NCBI GenBank assembly: GCA_023515725.1
Contig: JALDTO010000179.1
Coordinates: 392,053 to 456,052, forward strand
Reading direction: 5' to 3'
Source of the DNA: Amoeboaphelidium protococcarum X5
Taxonomy: Eukaryota > Fungi > Aphelidiomycota
DNA: 64,000 nucleotides
Part shown: one piece after another, positions 14,001 through 26,748 of the stretch
Layout of the letters: every line of letters starts with the position of its first letter
Position numbering within the stretch: the first letter of the stretch is position 1
Program-made: the position numbers and the translations under genes
Notes under the pieces: model-generated
Database searches by the model: none
What the model was told of the DNA's origin: nothing
Seen by the model: only the letters and a program-made list of their open reading frames with translations

Positions 14001-15542
14001 ATGGTGAAGAGTCTTGATGCAATCAGGAATAGGTAAAAGCTGAGAAAGAAAGAGTAGCAGTAGCAGGGAGTGTAGTAGTAAAGTTTGTCTCATCCGGATG
14101 CTCATCTGCCACTCTAACATCAGTAATAACTACCAAGTATTGCTTTGAATTAGAAACTGCCCAAGAGCTCTCAATAATCTTAGCAACATCATCTTTAATC
14201 TTAAAATATAGAAAATGGATAGTTGGATGTGGAAGAGCCAAATGAGAGTGTGCTTGGTGTGCCCAATGTGTTTCAACGGATTTCAAACAGTTCTCAGCAG
14301 AGTAACAATTGCTGGACTTTTGTACCTCTGCGTGATGATGTTGATTAAAACTATCACAGAATTACCTCAATCGAATCGAGTGATGATGAGTAAGTAATAG
14401 ATGGCTCTATTGAGAACGATCGTGAATCTGCTCCGATTGAAGATGATTATGATATATAGCCTACTGTGAAGATCGATGCGTTTATAGCACATTAGAATAT
14501 AAATGTCGAACGAAAGAGACGTTATTCAGAAGATGCGTATAATAATTCTGATTAAGCGTAGAAAGGGTATGATGACTAAGATCTAGATGATAATTAATAG
14601 TGGACGTATTAACCTCATGATTATAGTAAATCTCTTGCTGTTAAATCGGCAAATGCCAAATAGGATAACACTGTGAGTCTACATCATATATCTGCGTGCT
14701 AAAGGATTGTGTCCCGCATGGTGTTAAGTTCTGATTCTCAATCATCTTTAGATTTACTCCACCAGTCGCTTAGAGAAAGTCGAATGTTTCTCAGTAATTT
14801 GCGGTCAAAAATTATGCCTTCTTGTTGGTAATTTAGCAGTTAAAGTGATTATGAGTAATGGTGTGTGGCTTTTAAATCGTTATAGGAGCAGGTTACTCTG
14901 CGAGATGTTTAGTATGCTTCAGTGTACAACAGAGAACTGACGTTGTCTTTTGATGGTCAGAGGTGGTAGTTATATCCTGTTAATTCACATGTCTTTGCTA
15001 GTCTTAAAAAGTCTGCAGCCGGTCATGGATTTCATTTAGTGCTTGTACGGCTACGTGATAATATATTTTCTTTGAATTGTAACCGTTAGACTGGCTCCGA
15101 CGATGATTCTGATGATCTTGATGAAAAAAGCAAATGCACAGTTGTTATGGATAATGATGTTCTACTATTGCTAATAGAAAGCTTCCTTAATCTATTTAGA
15201 GGTGGAATATCATACTATGGGCGCCCGAAGAATTTACTGCTTTCTGTTCCTCACATATTATCTGATGGTCTATTTGAGTACGCGCAATTGGTATCTTGTC
15301 AATTGTCAGAAGTCTGTGCTAGTAAATAGCTGGTCAATGGTAAATTTCACGACAAGTATGAATTCACCTTGGATGGCGTAATCCTCCCGTATTAATATCA
15401 TCGAATATTGCAATTATTGCCTGGGCATAGACTGACAATAAATATGTCCTTTATGAAAGATGTGAACATTGGGTAACGGCTACAAGATGATGAACATTAA
15501 TTAGCATCGAAGCAAGAAGTGATTGTTCAATTAAGTGGGTGA
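14001..15542 (+). CDS. DONSON-like DNA replication factor (divergent)
   Basis: 514 codons with a disordered Q/acidic N-terminus. YEQWCVAFKSL, VPHILSDGLFEYAQL and YEFTLDGVILPYQYHRILQLL resemble DONSON blocks (W..SF.SLY; PTLLSPVAF; SLEITGPIMP) in the right order. Confidence 0.55.
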
Positions 15543-15592
15543 ATTGAATAATACCGTAGTAAAATGACAATGTACAGTATATTCGAGACAGT

Positions 15593-16210
15593 TCACAATT
15601 TAGCACCAAATACAACACCAACTGCTGCAGCGATTCCAATAAGAATAATCATAATGATAGCGATTATCAAATACATGTTACGTCTCCTTCTATTCATGAT
15701 CTTTACAGACTGCTCACCCAATGTCAACTTCTCATTGGCAATTTCTAGCTACTTTTGAGCGCGTTTCAATCCCATAGATTACATTTACAGAGCATCTAAA
15801 GTTTACGCACCCATAGATTCAGACTCTAGCGATATCTAGAACGATCTATTAAGAATTTCACCCTGTGCATCAATTTTCGTGGCATTCGCATACAACTAAT
15901 CTCTCTACTTTGGCTATCTATCGGTAAACGGCGGAAGATTAGACGCGACTGAGATGCTATTGGCTCGACTCGATTAGATATTACTTAGCTTGATCTTATA
16001 CTTTTTCAACTGTATTCGAAGAGGCACCACAGATTTTATCACATCTGAGCTTTCGGTGGATATAGACACAATCATATTTTCAGTGTCTTGTAGTAATCTA
16101 TCCGCTTTCATTCGATCAAAGGAGCCATCTGGAACAGAGAATACGGTATCAAGCGTATCGAGATTCTATTGAATCTATTAGATTTGATTATACTAGTCTT
16201 CAAACGACAT
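15593..16210 (-). CDS. Qb-SNARE, Vti1-like, C-terminal TM anchor
   Basis: Helical N-domain, SNARE motif (LNRSFQISLESESMGAQTLDALQMQ...), basic RRRR then a hydrophobic C-terminal TM; 206 codons. Confidence 0.75.
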
Positions 16211-16960
16211 TATTATTGGCGAATTATTCAGATATTTTACTTTTTATTCATGAAGATTAAGTGATCTGACCCCTAGACTTGAAGCTACAGTCTTGATCAA
16301 ACTTTAACGCGAGCTCCTCCGCCGGTCACTCTTTTCTTCCTGATTAAAGCCTCCTCAGTCAGCGTTAAGATTCGATGTTAATGAATCTAACGCTTCCTTT
16401 GATAGGAGGCTATAACAACAACAAAATCAATCTTGGGCGCCATCACTATAGACTGTATGTGATAGTGATGGAATCAAGGCGATTACATTAATTTACTCTA
16501 ATTGTCAACCCTAAAACTTGATTTTCGATTTTATTTTCCACTTTTCGCGCTTTATAACCTTAGCAGGAGTCAACTTCTTCTTTTCTTCTTCCATTATCGA
16601 AGAAATATGCAAACAATTCACACGCATCTTGAGATTATTGTCAACTCTCTTTGTGCGCCAGTAATTGTTGAGATTAACGCAGCATAGGAACCATTATTGC
16701 ATCTCTGTGCTTTGAATGGGCCATTTCGTTGCAACATTTACACCTTTGTATTTAGATTTCACCAACTCGACTCTTTTCATTTTGAATGATTTTCAAGTAG
16801 ACGTTTCTTTGTTTAACTCAGTTAAGATTTAGCACTCATAACTGCTTCAGCCTACTGTACTCAGTATGTCTAATATCAAACTGTGATAAAGAAAAGTATA
16901 AATATAAACCTATAACAGCCTCTAAAGATGATTGATATATATATTCAGTCCTAACACACT

Positions 16961-18340
16961 TCAGTCTGCTCTTTTGTATTTCAAAGACTTTTTGGTGTTT
17001 TCAATGTCGCGTTCGCGTTTTTTACTGGCAGAGGTAGAGCGCGGATTATAAGCACCCAACTTGGCCAAATCGGAGAAGACTTTGGGAAATACACCATCTT
17101 CCCTGAGATAAGCCCAGCTAGTTGGATATCTCTTGATACATTGAAGCCATTTCATGTAGACGCGCTACTCTTCTTCCACCTTGTAAATCTCTTCATAGAT
17201 CCACTAATCTTTAAACTTCCGGATTTCCTCTTCATACGGCTCAAAAGTGACCGGCTAAGCACTCATAAGCACCTATTACTTGGCAGTCTCCGCAATGATC
17301 TTGTTATATGAATTATACACTGGCCTATCGAGAAAGAGACCAAGAGCTGGCATCTTTGGAACATTGACGCGAACTTCCCCACACAAGGTGTCAAATAATT
17401 ACTATGCCGGGAAACCAATTCTCATAGCCAGCACTGCAAATGCCACCATTTTTCTAATCTGATGCAGCATGAACGAGTGACCATGCAGTTTAATAGCTAC
17501 CCATTCAGTCTAGCCTTTTACAAATGGCTCAGATGCAGTAACGGATAACATGTGACGATTGGAAGACTAGTCCCAGAATGGTCTGCCTACTGTAAAGTTA
17601 TGAAAATTGTGAGTACCTAGATAGCAGCTCAAAATATTACGAAATTATTCTAGTCGATCAGCCGATATTCTATACTCTCTGCACTTCTTATCAAGATCAT
17701 CAGGTACTTGTAACTCGCCATTAGAATCATTCTAGTCTCTATCTTGGCCATCTAACAGATCTTCCTCTTATGATTGTTATTAACCGCTAAAAATCTCCTT
17801 CATATGAGCAATCTCGTCCTCAGTCAGCTCTTGTCCGTACCACTTGCGCTCTTCATCATCAGCCTACTAGAGCATAAACGTGGGCAAGAGATACTCATAC
17901 ATACGACTCTGGCAATTATTTTTAGCATGAAAATTACCACGTACGCGTACAATATCCCAGACTTTGATCTGTGCCGGGAGAGCTTGATTTAACGCGTCAA
18001 CCGTGGTCTTGACACCATCATTCTCCCCATCCTGAGGGAGTAATAACTTTAGCGATACCACCTGACCAGCAGCATGAACACCTTTATCAGTTCTGGCGGC
18101 ACGATTAAAAGCAACCTTGCCCAGATTTAACAGATTCTCTGGTCTGACACAGCCAACAGCAGCGAAAGCTTTCTACAGCTCAGATTCTATTGTCGCCACA
18201 CCAGGATTATTCTACATCCCGCAATATCCAGTGCCGCAATATCCCATTAAAATGGCCACCTTTTTCTTCACACGCTTCACACCATTATTCGCTAGCATTT
18301 AATCTTCCTTAGTATATGCGGTATTATCCTGTGTCTCCAT
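16961..18340 (-). CDS. PUS1: tRNA pseudouridine synthase Pus1 (TruA family)
   Basis: [60 protein letters not shown]; 460 codons. Confidence 0.93.
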
Positions 18341-18444
18341 ATCAATTTCTGTCAAGCGTATTGTTAAAAGAGGTTTGAGTGATATTAGGTCGACAAATTG
18401 AGAAAAAGGAGAAAATTCCATTCAATAGCGCGCGTCGATGATGA

Positions 18445-20250
18445 TCAAATTCTATTAAGTATCAAGTATGACGATGAGGCGGCGATAGAGAGTAGCAGAT
18501 TATCATTTTGCGACGAGCATCCTTCAATCAGAGCTATGATGGCTGATGTTATTATGATGTGCGACATAGTTGTGAAGGAGCACTCACACCCAGGAGTGAC
18601 GATTATAACCGCAGATGTTGACACAAAGATACTGAGGAAACATCCAATAGAGCCTTCTATTGACTTGTTGGATAGTTTAGACCATTTATGTCGACCATAT
18701 CGTTTACCAACCAGAGCCGCGAACGTATCGCCAATACCCAAGGAAATAATGCCAGCAGTACTAGCAAGAACACGAGCATTCAGATTACCAGAAGTCAAAG
18801 TGGGAATAAATATTGTGATAAACAGAGGTAATGAACATCCAATAAGTAGATAGAGATGTGACAAGATCATAGGCCCCGAGTCCCAACTTCGTATATGAAT
18901 AAGATTGATTAGATCGGCCGAGCTTAGTCTACGTAGACGTATCTTGCCAGGTTCAACTTTGGGCTTCTGGTTGTAATCTTACGGTGATTAATTGGGCATT
19001 ACTACAGGCTATTCGATAAATTAAAGCATAAACTTATCAATTTGCACTGGATCTATCCATGGAATCCAAATCCGAAATATCCTAATATACTCCAACATTA
19101 TGAACGCGGCAAAAGCCAATGCAAACGAGAGAGTCATTAGATGTGGAGTAAGAATCGTGCCTGGTATGAACATGATTACTGCAATGAAGTGGAACCACTT
19201 TCGGCGCATTTCAAGTCCACCTGGACCCAAATCAATCAAATGCTTAGTCCCCATCAGCATAATTACTAAGCATGTAATCCACCAAACAAGGATGATTATA
19301 TTTGCAATTTTGTCAAACATCAAATTTAAACCAAAAGCTATAGGATTACTGCCCAGAGTAGAAAATTGCGTATCATACTTTACGCAAAGATACAGATAAA
19401 GCTTTAAAATTACAATTGAGAAAGCCATATAAAATATTAGAGTAAGCAAATAATATCTCCAATTATAGAGCTAGGTGGAATAGGATTGACGGGTCAGGCT
19501 CATTATAGGATACGCAATGATACCAAAGCCGAGAATGCCAATTATTGCTGCCTAGCTCATTAGGTAGACTCTGTAATCAACACCATCAATGACAGCAATA
19601 CCATATTCGGATATATAGTTATGCAAAAAGTCTATTCCGTACAGGGAGAAAAGACTTGTTAGAACAAATGCTTCAGACAGAGCAAAGTTCCCTTAAGCCA
19701 GGGAGGATATACATCTAAAAAGACCATGTAGAATGAAACAGGCACTGAAGATAACCCAACTATGATACTCTGTAAATGAATAGTATCCGCTTAGTATTGA
19801 TATAGTGCATATCAAAAGATCTGTCGTATAATGTTGAGCAGATCCTCTAACAGTTGAGCATAAAATCACGTCAAAGCAGAGTGCAGCGGATGAACAGAAG
19901 GCCACAGATGAGATGAGGTCTAGTTTATGAGAGTATTCACTACTATTATAAGCGCGCAATACATTAATTAGAATCAGCGGCGCCAAAACAGACATGAATA
20001 GACCACCGCCAGACGTTAGTCTCCATTATACTGGTGAAGTCAGCGAAATCGAGACAGTTTTACTAGTATTATATTGCTTATTGAGAACATGAAGCAGTTA
20101 GGCACAGCACAGCAAAACAATCACGACGATTGATTGTAAAATACTCTGTCGCAGTGGTAATTAACTCCCAAAATATATTATTGTCAATAATCCAGGCTCT
20201 ACTAATTAAGGCGCATTACTGCAAATCTTTCTGATAAATATAAACGACAT
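18445..20250 (-). CDS. SEC59: Dolichol kinase (Sec59/DOLK)
   Basis: Polytopic protein joining three track ORFs in one frame: RRKWFHFIAVIMFIPG, ILSHLYLLIGC, LGIGDTFAALVGKRYG, KSIEGS, QNDNL. Confidence 0.92.
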
Positions 20251-20489
20251 TTTTTAGACAAACTACTACCATTCGCTCGCTTGTCAATCCGAAAAGAAAG
20301 CTGATCAGCCATTTTCCTTTTTTTAAGGAAACTATATCTACTGCACTTTTATACTGAAAATACGCGACAGTTACATCTTATCAGAACAAAGCAATAGTTG
20401 CAGGAAACTTGAAAATGAAAATTATCATTTATTACCATTCATTTGTCTAATCACTCCTAAATCGCATAAGTGTTAAGTCGATCATCCAC

Positions 20490-21383
20490 TCAGTATTCTT
20501 GATCAAAAGAATCAAAATTAACTTGAGTTCCTTGATCGCGACTTGCTGGGCGTTTATAGCCGCCATACTGCTACTCACCATCGTTCTTTTTGTGTCCATA
20601 ATCGAGACAGCGGCCCATCAGAGTAGGCTTTCCTTTGTGCTAAGTAATGACTTGGTACCCCTGTCTGCCTAACTTCTCGATACTCTGCCCAAGCATGGAC
20701 ACCTTTTTAAAATCCCAATCTAGACACTCTGCATATTTGTCCGGACGCTGCGCAATGGAAGCGCGCTTTTAAGCATACTTGGCCTCCTTCTTGTCAGTCT
20801 TATCTTGCTTATATTTCTTGTATCTTGAAGAGATTTCGCTCGGCGCCTGTTTCACCTTTTACCAGCCGCGACTCATTGCGGACATTGTGGACATTGATGA
20901 TGAGCCAACTTCGGAAGCAGAGCCACCCAAGCTCTGATAGCGCTGCATCATTTCCTAATCATCTAATGACTGATCTTCAGGAATAGTGGGTTCACGACGA
21001 GGGCCGCGTTCATTATTCAAAAGGTGCGTGCCAGTTGGTCCATCCCTTACCGCATTGATATCATCGAAGCCTGACATTTGCAAAGTTCTCTCCTACCCCT
21101 TATTCCTGCCAAAGAATTTCTTCATCTTTGAGCCAAAACCAGGCTTCTTCTACTGCATAGACCAAGGATCCTCAAATTGGTCTTCCTCAGGCAGCATGAT
21201 CTCATCAGCACCACCGATTTCATTACCATTGCCCATCTATTGACGCGACTATTAGCTTCTGCGCCCGCCTTGGCTTGAAACAGAATCTCGACCGCTCTTG
21301 AAACGATCAAAAATACCAGCATCTGCGGTCAGCGCAATGCACAGGATGATCACATTCAGAATCAGCAAATTTAGTTTAATCAT
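20490..21383 (-). CDS. Secreted hypothetical protein (signal peptide, no recognisable domain)
   Basis: 298 codons. MIKLNLLILNVIILCIALTADA|GIFDRFK is a typical signal peptide; the remainder is hydrophilic and K/R-rich. Confidence 0.8.
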
Positions 21384-21799
21384 TATTATTCAGCGCAGGT
21401 AAATATATAGTTGATGTTTTACAATAATTGTATAGAAAGAAAGAAAGAGAGGTAAAAGTACAATTAAATGCCTTTCATCTCGTTACTGACAGGTAAACCA
21501 CGGGTAATGTGAAACGTGATGGCAACGTTGCACCAACGATCGTCCTTGAATTTGCCAGCGAGACATCACACAGACACAAGATACACTTCACGAGTTTCCA
21601 CCTATGGTATTTCTCTAAATTGGGAATGCATTAAAAGAACGTAGCAATATCTACCATAAATATTTGGATATCGATTTTATCATCAGAGATGTGTATGACT
21701 ATATCGCCTTTACTTACATCCCATCATGTTTCTTTTTCTCTTCAAACAAGTGATCAAAGATTCAATCGCCCGCACCGGTAAGGAACGAACAAATTGACG

Positions 21800-23014
21800 A
21801 TGATGATGAAAAAGTTCTCACGATGTATATCAGGCTAGAGCTTGGCTCCGCTGAGGCATGCCAGTTTGAAAATCTAGAAGACGGAATAGCCCAAGTAACT
21901 GGTGCCTAATAAGGAGCTTGTATTCGGCAAGTTTTTCACTGACCATATGTTAATCGCTGATCATGATAAGGAGAGCGGTTGGTCTGATCCTAAGATTGTT
22001 CCCTATGGCAAAATCAGCCTTGATCCGTCTGCTTGTGTATTCCACTACGGCATGGAGTGCTTTGAAGGGATGAAGGCTTACAAGGACAAGTAGGGGTAGA
22101 TTAGAATGTTCAGACCGGATATGAACATGAAGCGATTGAAGAGATCTGCTGCTCGATTAACGTTGCCAGACTTTGATGGAGATTAGTTGCTGAGTTGCAT
22201 CAAGGACCTTGTCAAGTTGGAGGCTCGTCATATTCCATCTGAGCGTGGGTACTCTCTTTACATCAGACCGGCTATGATTGCCACTCAAGAATCGCTTGGC
22301 GTTGGTCCTTCTGGTAGGAGTAAGCTGTTCACTATCTGCTCCCCTGTTGGTCCGTATTATAGAACGGGATTTAATGCAGTCTCGCTACTGGCAAATCCGG
22401 CGAATATTAGAGCATGGCCTGGTGGAGTTGGTGATTGTAAAGTGGGTGGTAACTATGCACCATCTATCTTGACGCAAAGCAGCGCTGCTAAAGAGGGATT
22501 TTAGCAGGTGCTATGGTTGTTCCCTATCGAGAATGGAAAAGATTTCTAATTGACGGAGGTGGGCACTATGAACTTATTTGTCGTGTTGAAAGATAAATAG
22601 AGCGGGCAGGTTGAGTTGGCCACACCTGCACTGGACGGTACTATCTTGCCTGGTGTGACGAGAGATTCAATCTTGAAATTGGCAAAGTAAAAGATTCTGA
22701 AGTGTCATTTGAAAGCTCCTTTTGACACATCAAGTCTTAAAGTGTCCGAGCGTGTTATCACAATGAGCGAGCTATTGGCTGCCAGCAAGGAAGGTCGCCT
22801 TATGGAGATGTTTGGTGCTGGCACTGCTGCTATCGTATCCCCGGTGAAGTAGATTCGTTTTGATCACAATGGCAAGAGTTAGGACTTGAATATTCCACTG
22901 GATTCTAATAACAAGGAAGCTCAGGCTGGTCCATTTGCAAAGTATTTCAATGATTTGATCATGGGCATTCAGTACGGCGAAGTTGAACATGAATTTTCCT
23001 CCATCGTTCATTGA
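21800..23014 (+). CDS. BAT1: Branched-chain amino acid aminotransferase
   Basis: [41 protein letters not shown] (PLP Lys), [27 protein letters not shown]. Confidence 0.96.
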
Positions 23015-23109
23015 TACTATCAGGATATTGTAACTAAAGAAAATAAAGTACGATTGATCATATTTCGGCCTTCTATATAGACTCACTCATCTTTAAGTCT
23101 CATGAAAAT

Positions 23110-24288
23110 TCATTGACCAGCTAACAGCCTGTCCTAGCGTACGTATTCACCGTCTGATATAGTAACATCAGTGTATGAACCCTCCTCCAATTCACCGGCA
23201 GTCTATGCCTAATCAGGATTCACCTTCCATGGCACTACGCAGTTTAAAAGGTACCACACCAGAGGACTCTTCTCTTCGATCTCGATCCAATTTAAACACA
23301 GCAATCTTGGCGCTCGCTGTTATTATTATTATTAAGAGCTTAAAGAGGTGATCATGACATTGCTAGATACAAGAAAGCCACGAATTCCAAACTTAAATCT
23401 ATTCATAAACTCCTACTTGGATGTGATTTATCCAAGTGGAAGTCGTTGCAATTATTAAAGTTGGCACTCAGTGGTGACTCGACCCAGCGCAGAGTAACTG
23501 ATTTCATTCTATCTTCCTAATTTAAACATGTTCATCATTCGACCGATGATAGATCCAAATGGATATGATGAAAGTGTTTGAATCTGCAGAGTGGAATAGT
23601 AGAGCATGTCCATGCACAGACTTCGTTGCACATTAGACAACTACGGCCAGATGGCAAGTGCGGACTTTGGTATCTCATCACGATATCGCGCCACTTCAGC
23701 CAGCATTGCTCGCTTTGCAACAACAGCAACTGAAGCATTACCAGCATCTTTACCAGGCACAACAGAGGACTGCCTAATACCGAGAGCTTACCGAAGCGCT
23801 GTGTCTGCAACAGACAAATCCCTTTCTAGATGCTGCAACTGATGTCGGCTCAAAGATTAGGAAGATGACTACAACTTTCCCGCCTAACCACTATAGATCT
23901 CCATCATAACGTCCGTAGTTGGTACTTTAATACTCAGACGCGTCACATAACTCCCGCTTAAACGATAAGCATAGAACGCGCTGATAGATGTAATTGCCAA
24001 AGCTGCCAATGATGGAAGATACAATTCAGTCCATAGATTAACATTCTATCGATTCTATCGCTAATTTGTTTGTCTTATCAACTGATACTATTACAGAGTC
24101 TATATAGTTTATTCTTGTATTCTCTTCAATAGAGGGTGTTCGCCATCTCCATTAGCCTTTTGTAGATCAACCTGTAGCAATCGATATAGAAAAGTTCCGG
24201 TGGGGAACGCAATAGTGCCTATCAAAAGAGATCCTCTAATTATACTAATCGCTGGAGTAAGCGGACTCTAATATATCTACGTAAACAT
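23110..24288 (-). CDS. Hypothetical membrane protein, weak TMEM70/TMEM186-family resemblance
   Basis: 393 open codons. IYQSPLTPAISIIRGSLLIGTIAFP and a second TM followed by GSYVTRLSI echo the gene at 5721..6479. Confidence 0.6.
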
Positions 24289-24556
24289 TCCCTATAATAA
24301 AAAGATATAGTATTGATGCTTAAAGAGTGAAGAAATAATGTAAGGTAGAGTAAAGGGACTCTCTATGAGCGCGCGACTCGTCTTCTTTATCTCTATTCCT
24401 CTCTATTCCTCTCCGTTGTTCAGCGAAGGAAATTTAACGTCGCTCTTCCTTGTTGTTTCTTCACTGGCATAAATAACTACAGACTGTAAATATCGAGTGG
24501 TTTATTTGTTCGCTTGCATTCTAGATATTACTAAAACAATAATTAAGAGTTTCAAT

Positions 24557-25717
24557 ATGGATAAAATAGTAGACTTGTTGGAGGAGCATTCAGCGTATGT
24601 TACTTATACCTTTATTCTGTTGGCTGCAGTGTTTCCCATCTACTTTGGCTCTTTCGCTTCTATCAAGTATAAGGTGTAAGATACAGCTGGTGGTAAAAGC
24701 AGCAAGTCATCAAAAGATGAGAGCGATGATGAAGATGAAGATGTGGAGAGTGAAGCGATCACTAGCGAAGATGCCATGTGGTTCCCAATCATTGGAAGTG
24801 GTGTGCTGTTTTCGCTGTACCTGGTGTTCAGATTCTTCAGTAAAGAGTACATCAACTACCTGCTGACTGCCTATTTTGGATTCCTGGGCTGTCTTGCCCT
24901 GGCCAAGATGATTGATGCTATTGGTAACTTTACCATCTTGAGCAGTAATGGGCTGCTGCACTTGGAAAAGTTCAAGATTAGAATAACAAAGCACAAGGGC
25001 AAAGAACTGATATTCAAGTACTCTTTCACCTACTTTACTATAGCCGCTCTGGTTGTGGCTATTCTATGCACCGCCTACTATGTGGTGACCAAGAACTGGA
25101 TCGTGAGTAATTTGTTTGGTTGGGCATTCAGCTCGTCCGCTATTCAACTCCTAGATCTGGACGACTTTAAGACGGGAATGTTGCTTCTATCCGGTCTATT
25201 TGTGTATGATATATTCTGGGTGTTTGGTACTGAGGTGATGGTTAGTGTGGCCAAGAATTTTGATGCTCCTATCAAGCTACTATTCCCTAGAAACTTTGCC
25301 GCCTGGGCCAGAGGAGAGAAGGTACCATTCTCAATGCTCGGCCTGGGTGATATAGTCATTCCGGGTATCTTTGTGGCTCTGTGTCTGCGATATGATTACT
25401 ATAGATATGCCGCATCATTGAAGAATGGTAAAGGTGCGACTAAAACTAGATCATTTCCAAAGCCATACTTTATTGGATGTATGATTGCTTACATCATTGG
25501 TTTAGTCATCACAATGGCTGTGATGCATGTGTTCCAAGCTGCGCAACCGGCGCTCCTTTACTTGTCTCCTGCATGTATTCTGTCAGTGTTGTTGGTGGCT
25601 CTGGTACGTGGAGAGTTATCTCAAGTATTTGCGTACAAGAGCGAATCTGCCTCTAAATTGCTGGCGAATGGCTCTGCTGCATCAGGTGATTAGAAGAATG
25701 ACAAGAAGAAGAAATGA
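24557..25717 (+). CDS. Signal peptide peptidase (SPP/HM13, aspartic A22B)
   Basis: YDIFWVFGT, LGLGD and QPALLYL motifs. Reading TAG 25691 as Gln gives a C-terminal KKKK ER-retrieval signal before TGA. Confidence 0.96.
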
Positions 25718-25814
25718 TTCCTGTTATTGACTAAATTGATTTTTACTTTATTTCTTGGTATTGCATTAACATTCTCAAAGCGTATTTAAAATACTATTAC
25801 AGGATGTTCTTAAA

Positions 25815-26580
25815 TCATGGAGTTAACACCAGACGCGTCGCGTTGGCTTGGCAATGAGAAATATCGCTAGGAGGGAGGATATAACTTTGATCAAATTCGG
25901 TGCTGAATGACTGGACATATTTCATATCTTCATGCAACACTGTATTATGGTCATCGTCATCCCGATCATAGTAGCTCTCGAATATAGCGATTATGTTATC
26001 TGTGCCATATTCAATCCACATGTTAGCATAATACTCATAAGCCAACTGCACCTGATACATTGAGCATACTTGATCACCCAAAAACTTGTAATCAATAAAT
26101 TCAAAATATCTGTCATCATACCAAGGATCTTTCCACTCAAATGGGTGAACTTGGCACTCTGACTCTCCATTAGCGGTGCGTGTAATGCTATAAGCCTTAC
26201 CTTGATCCTACACATCTCAAGCGAATGATCTAGAGTGCATATTGAATTACGCGGTCAGTAATAGATATACTTACACCAATAAAGTAAAAATCAACTTTGG
26301 CGCCATCTTTCTAGAATATAGTCTTGCGCATCAATTACTTTTAAAGGTCTAGAGCATACTCATACGTATACTACTCACCGATAGATGGCTCAACGCGCAT
26401 CTTGACGCGTCTTCTAAAAGGCAGTACAATCTTGGGCTAGCGATGCAAGACTGAGCCATCAGAATCGCTGTCTTATGTCGTCTACAACACTAAGCTCTAA
26501 TCCACAGGCGTACACCATACCATCAGCATTGATGCAAGGACTACTACCACCAAGGTAACAAAATTACTGCGCATGAACAT
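25815..26580 (-). CDS. Secreted/lysosomal protein, ependymin-related (EPDR)-like; intron 26208..26274
   Basis: Signal peptide MFMRSNFVTLVVVVLASMLMVWC. Aromatic beta-rich body (YEYALDLQKQLMR..DFYFIG|DQGKAY..C..PW..F..G..C..Y) and C-terminal YILPP..C. The family call is by pattern only. Confidence 0.6.
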
Positions 26581-26748
26581 CTTCACAAAATCGTGTCTCT
26601 CTATAGTTATTGTCAAAAGTTCAAGGGGTGCCCACGTAAAGAATGGCGCGGTAACAATTACATAGTTAAAATCTAATACTGAAGCAATAAGTTCGTATCA
26701 ATTACAAATAGTTTCTACGACAAATTAATAAAGCATAAACAAATTATT

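Noticed and set aside
16240-16900. Possible gene between the Vti1-like and PUS1 genes
   Set aside because: Only short frames (about 100 codons or less) under table 6, with no motif. Left unannotated.
18398-18853. 151-aa + strand ORF (and similar ones, e.g. 54240..54905, 53757..54164)
   Set aside because: Antisense or off-frame shadows of well-supported genes.
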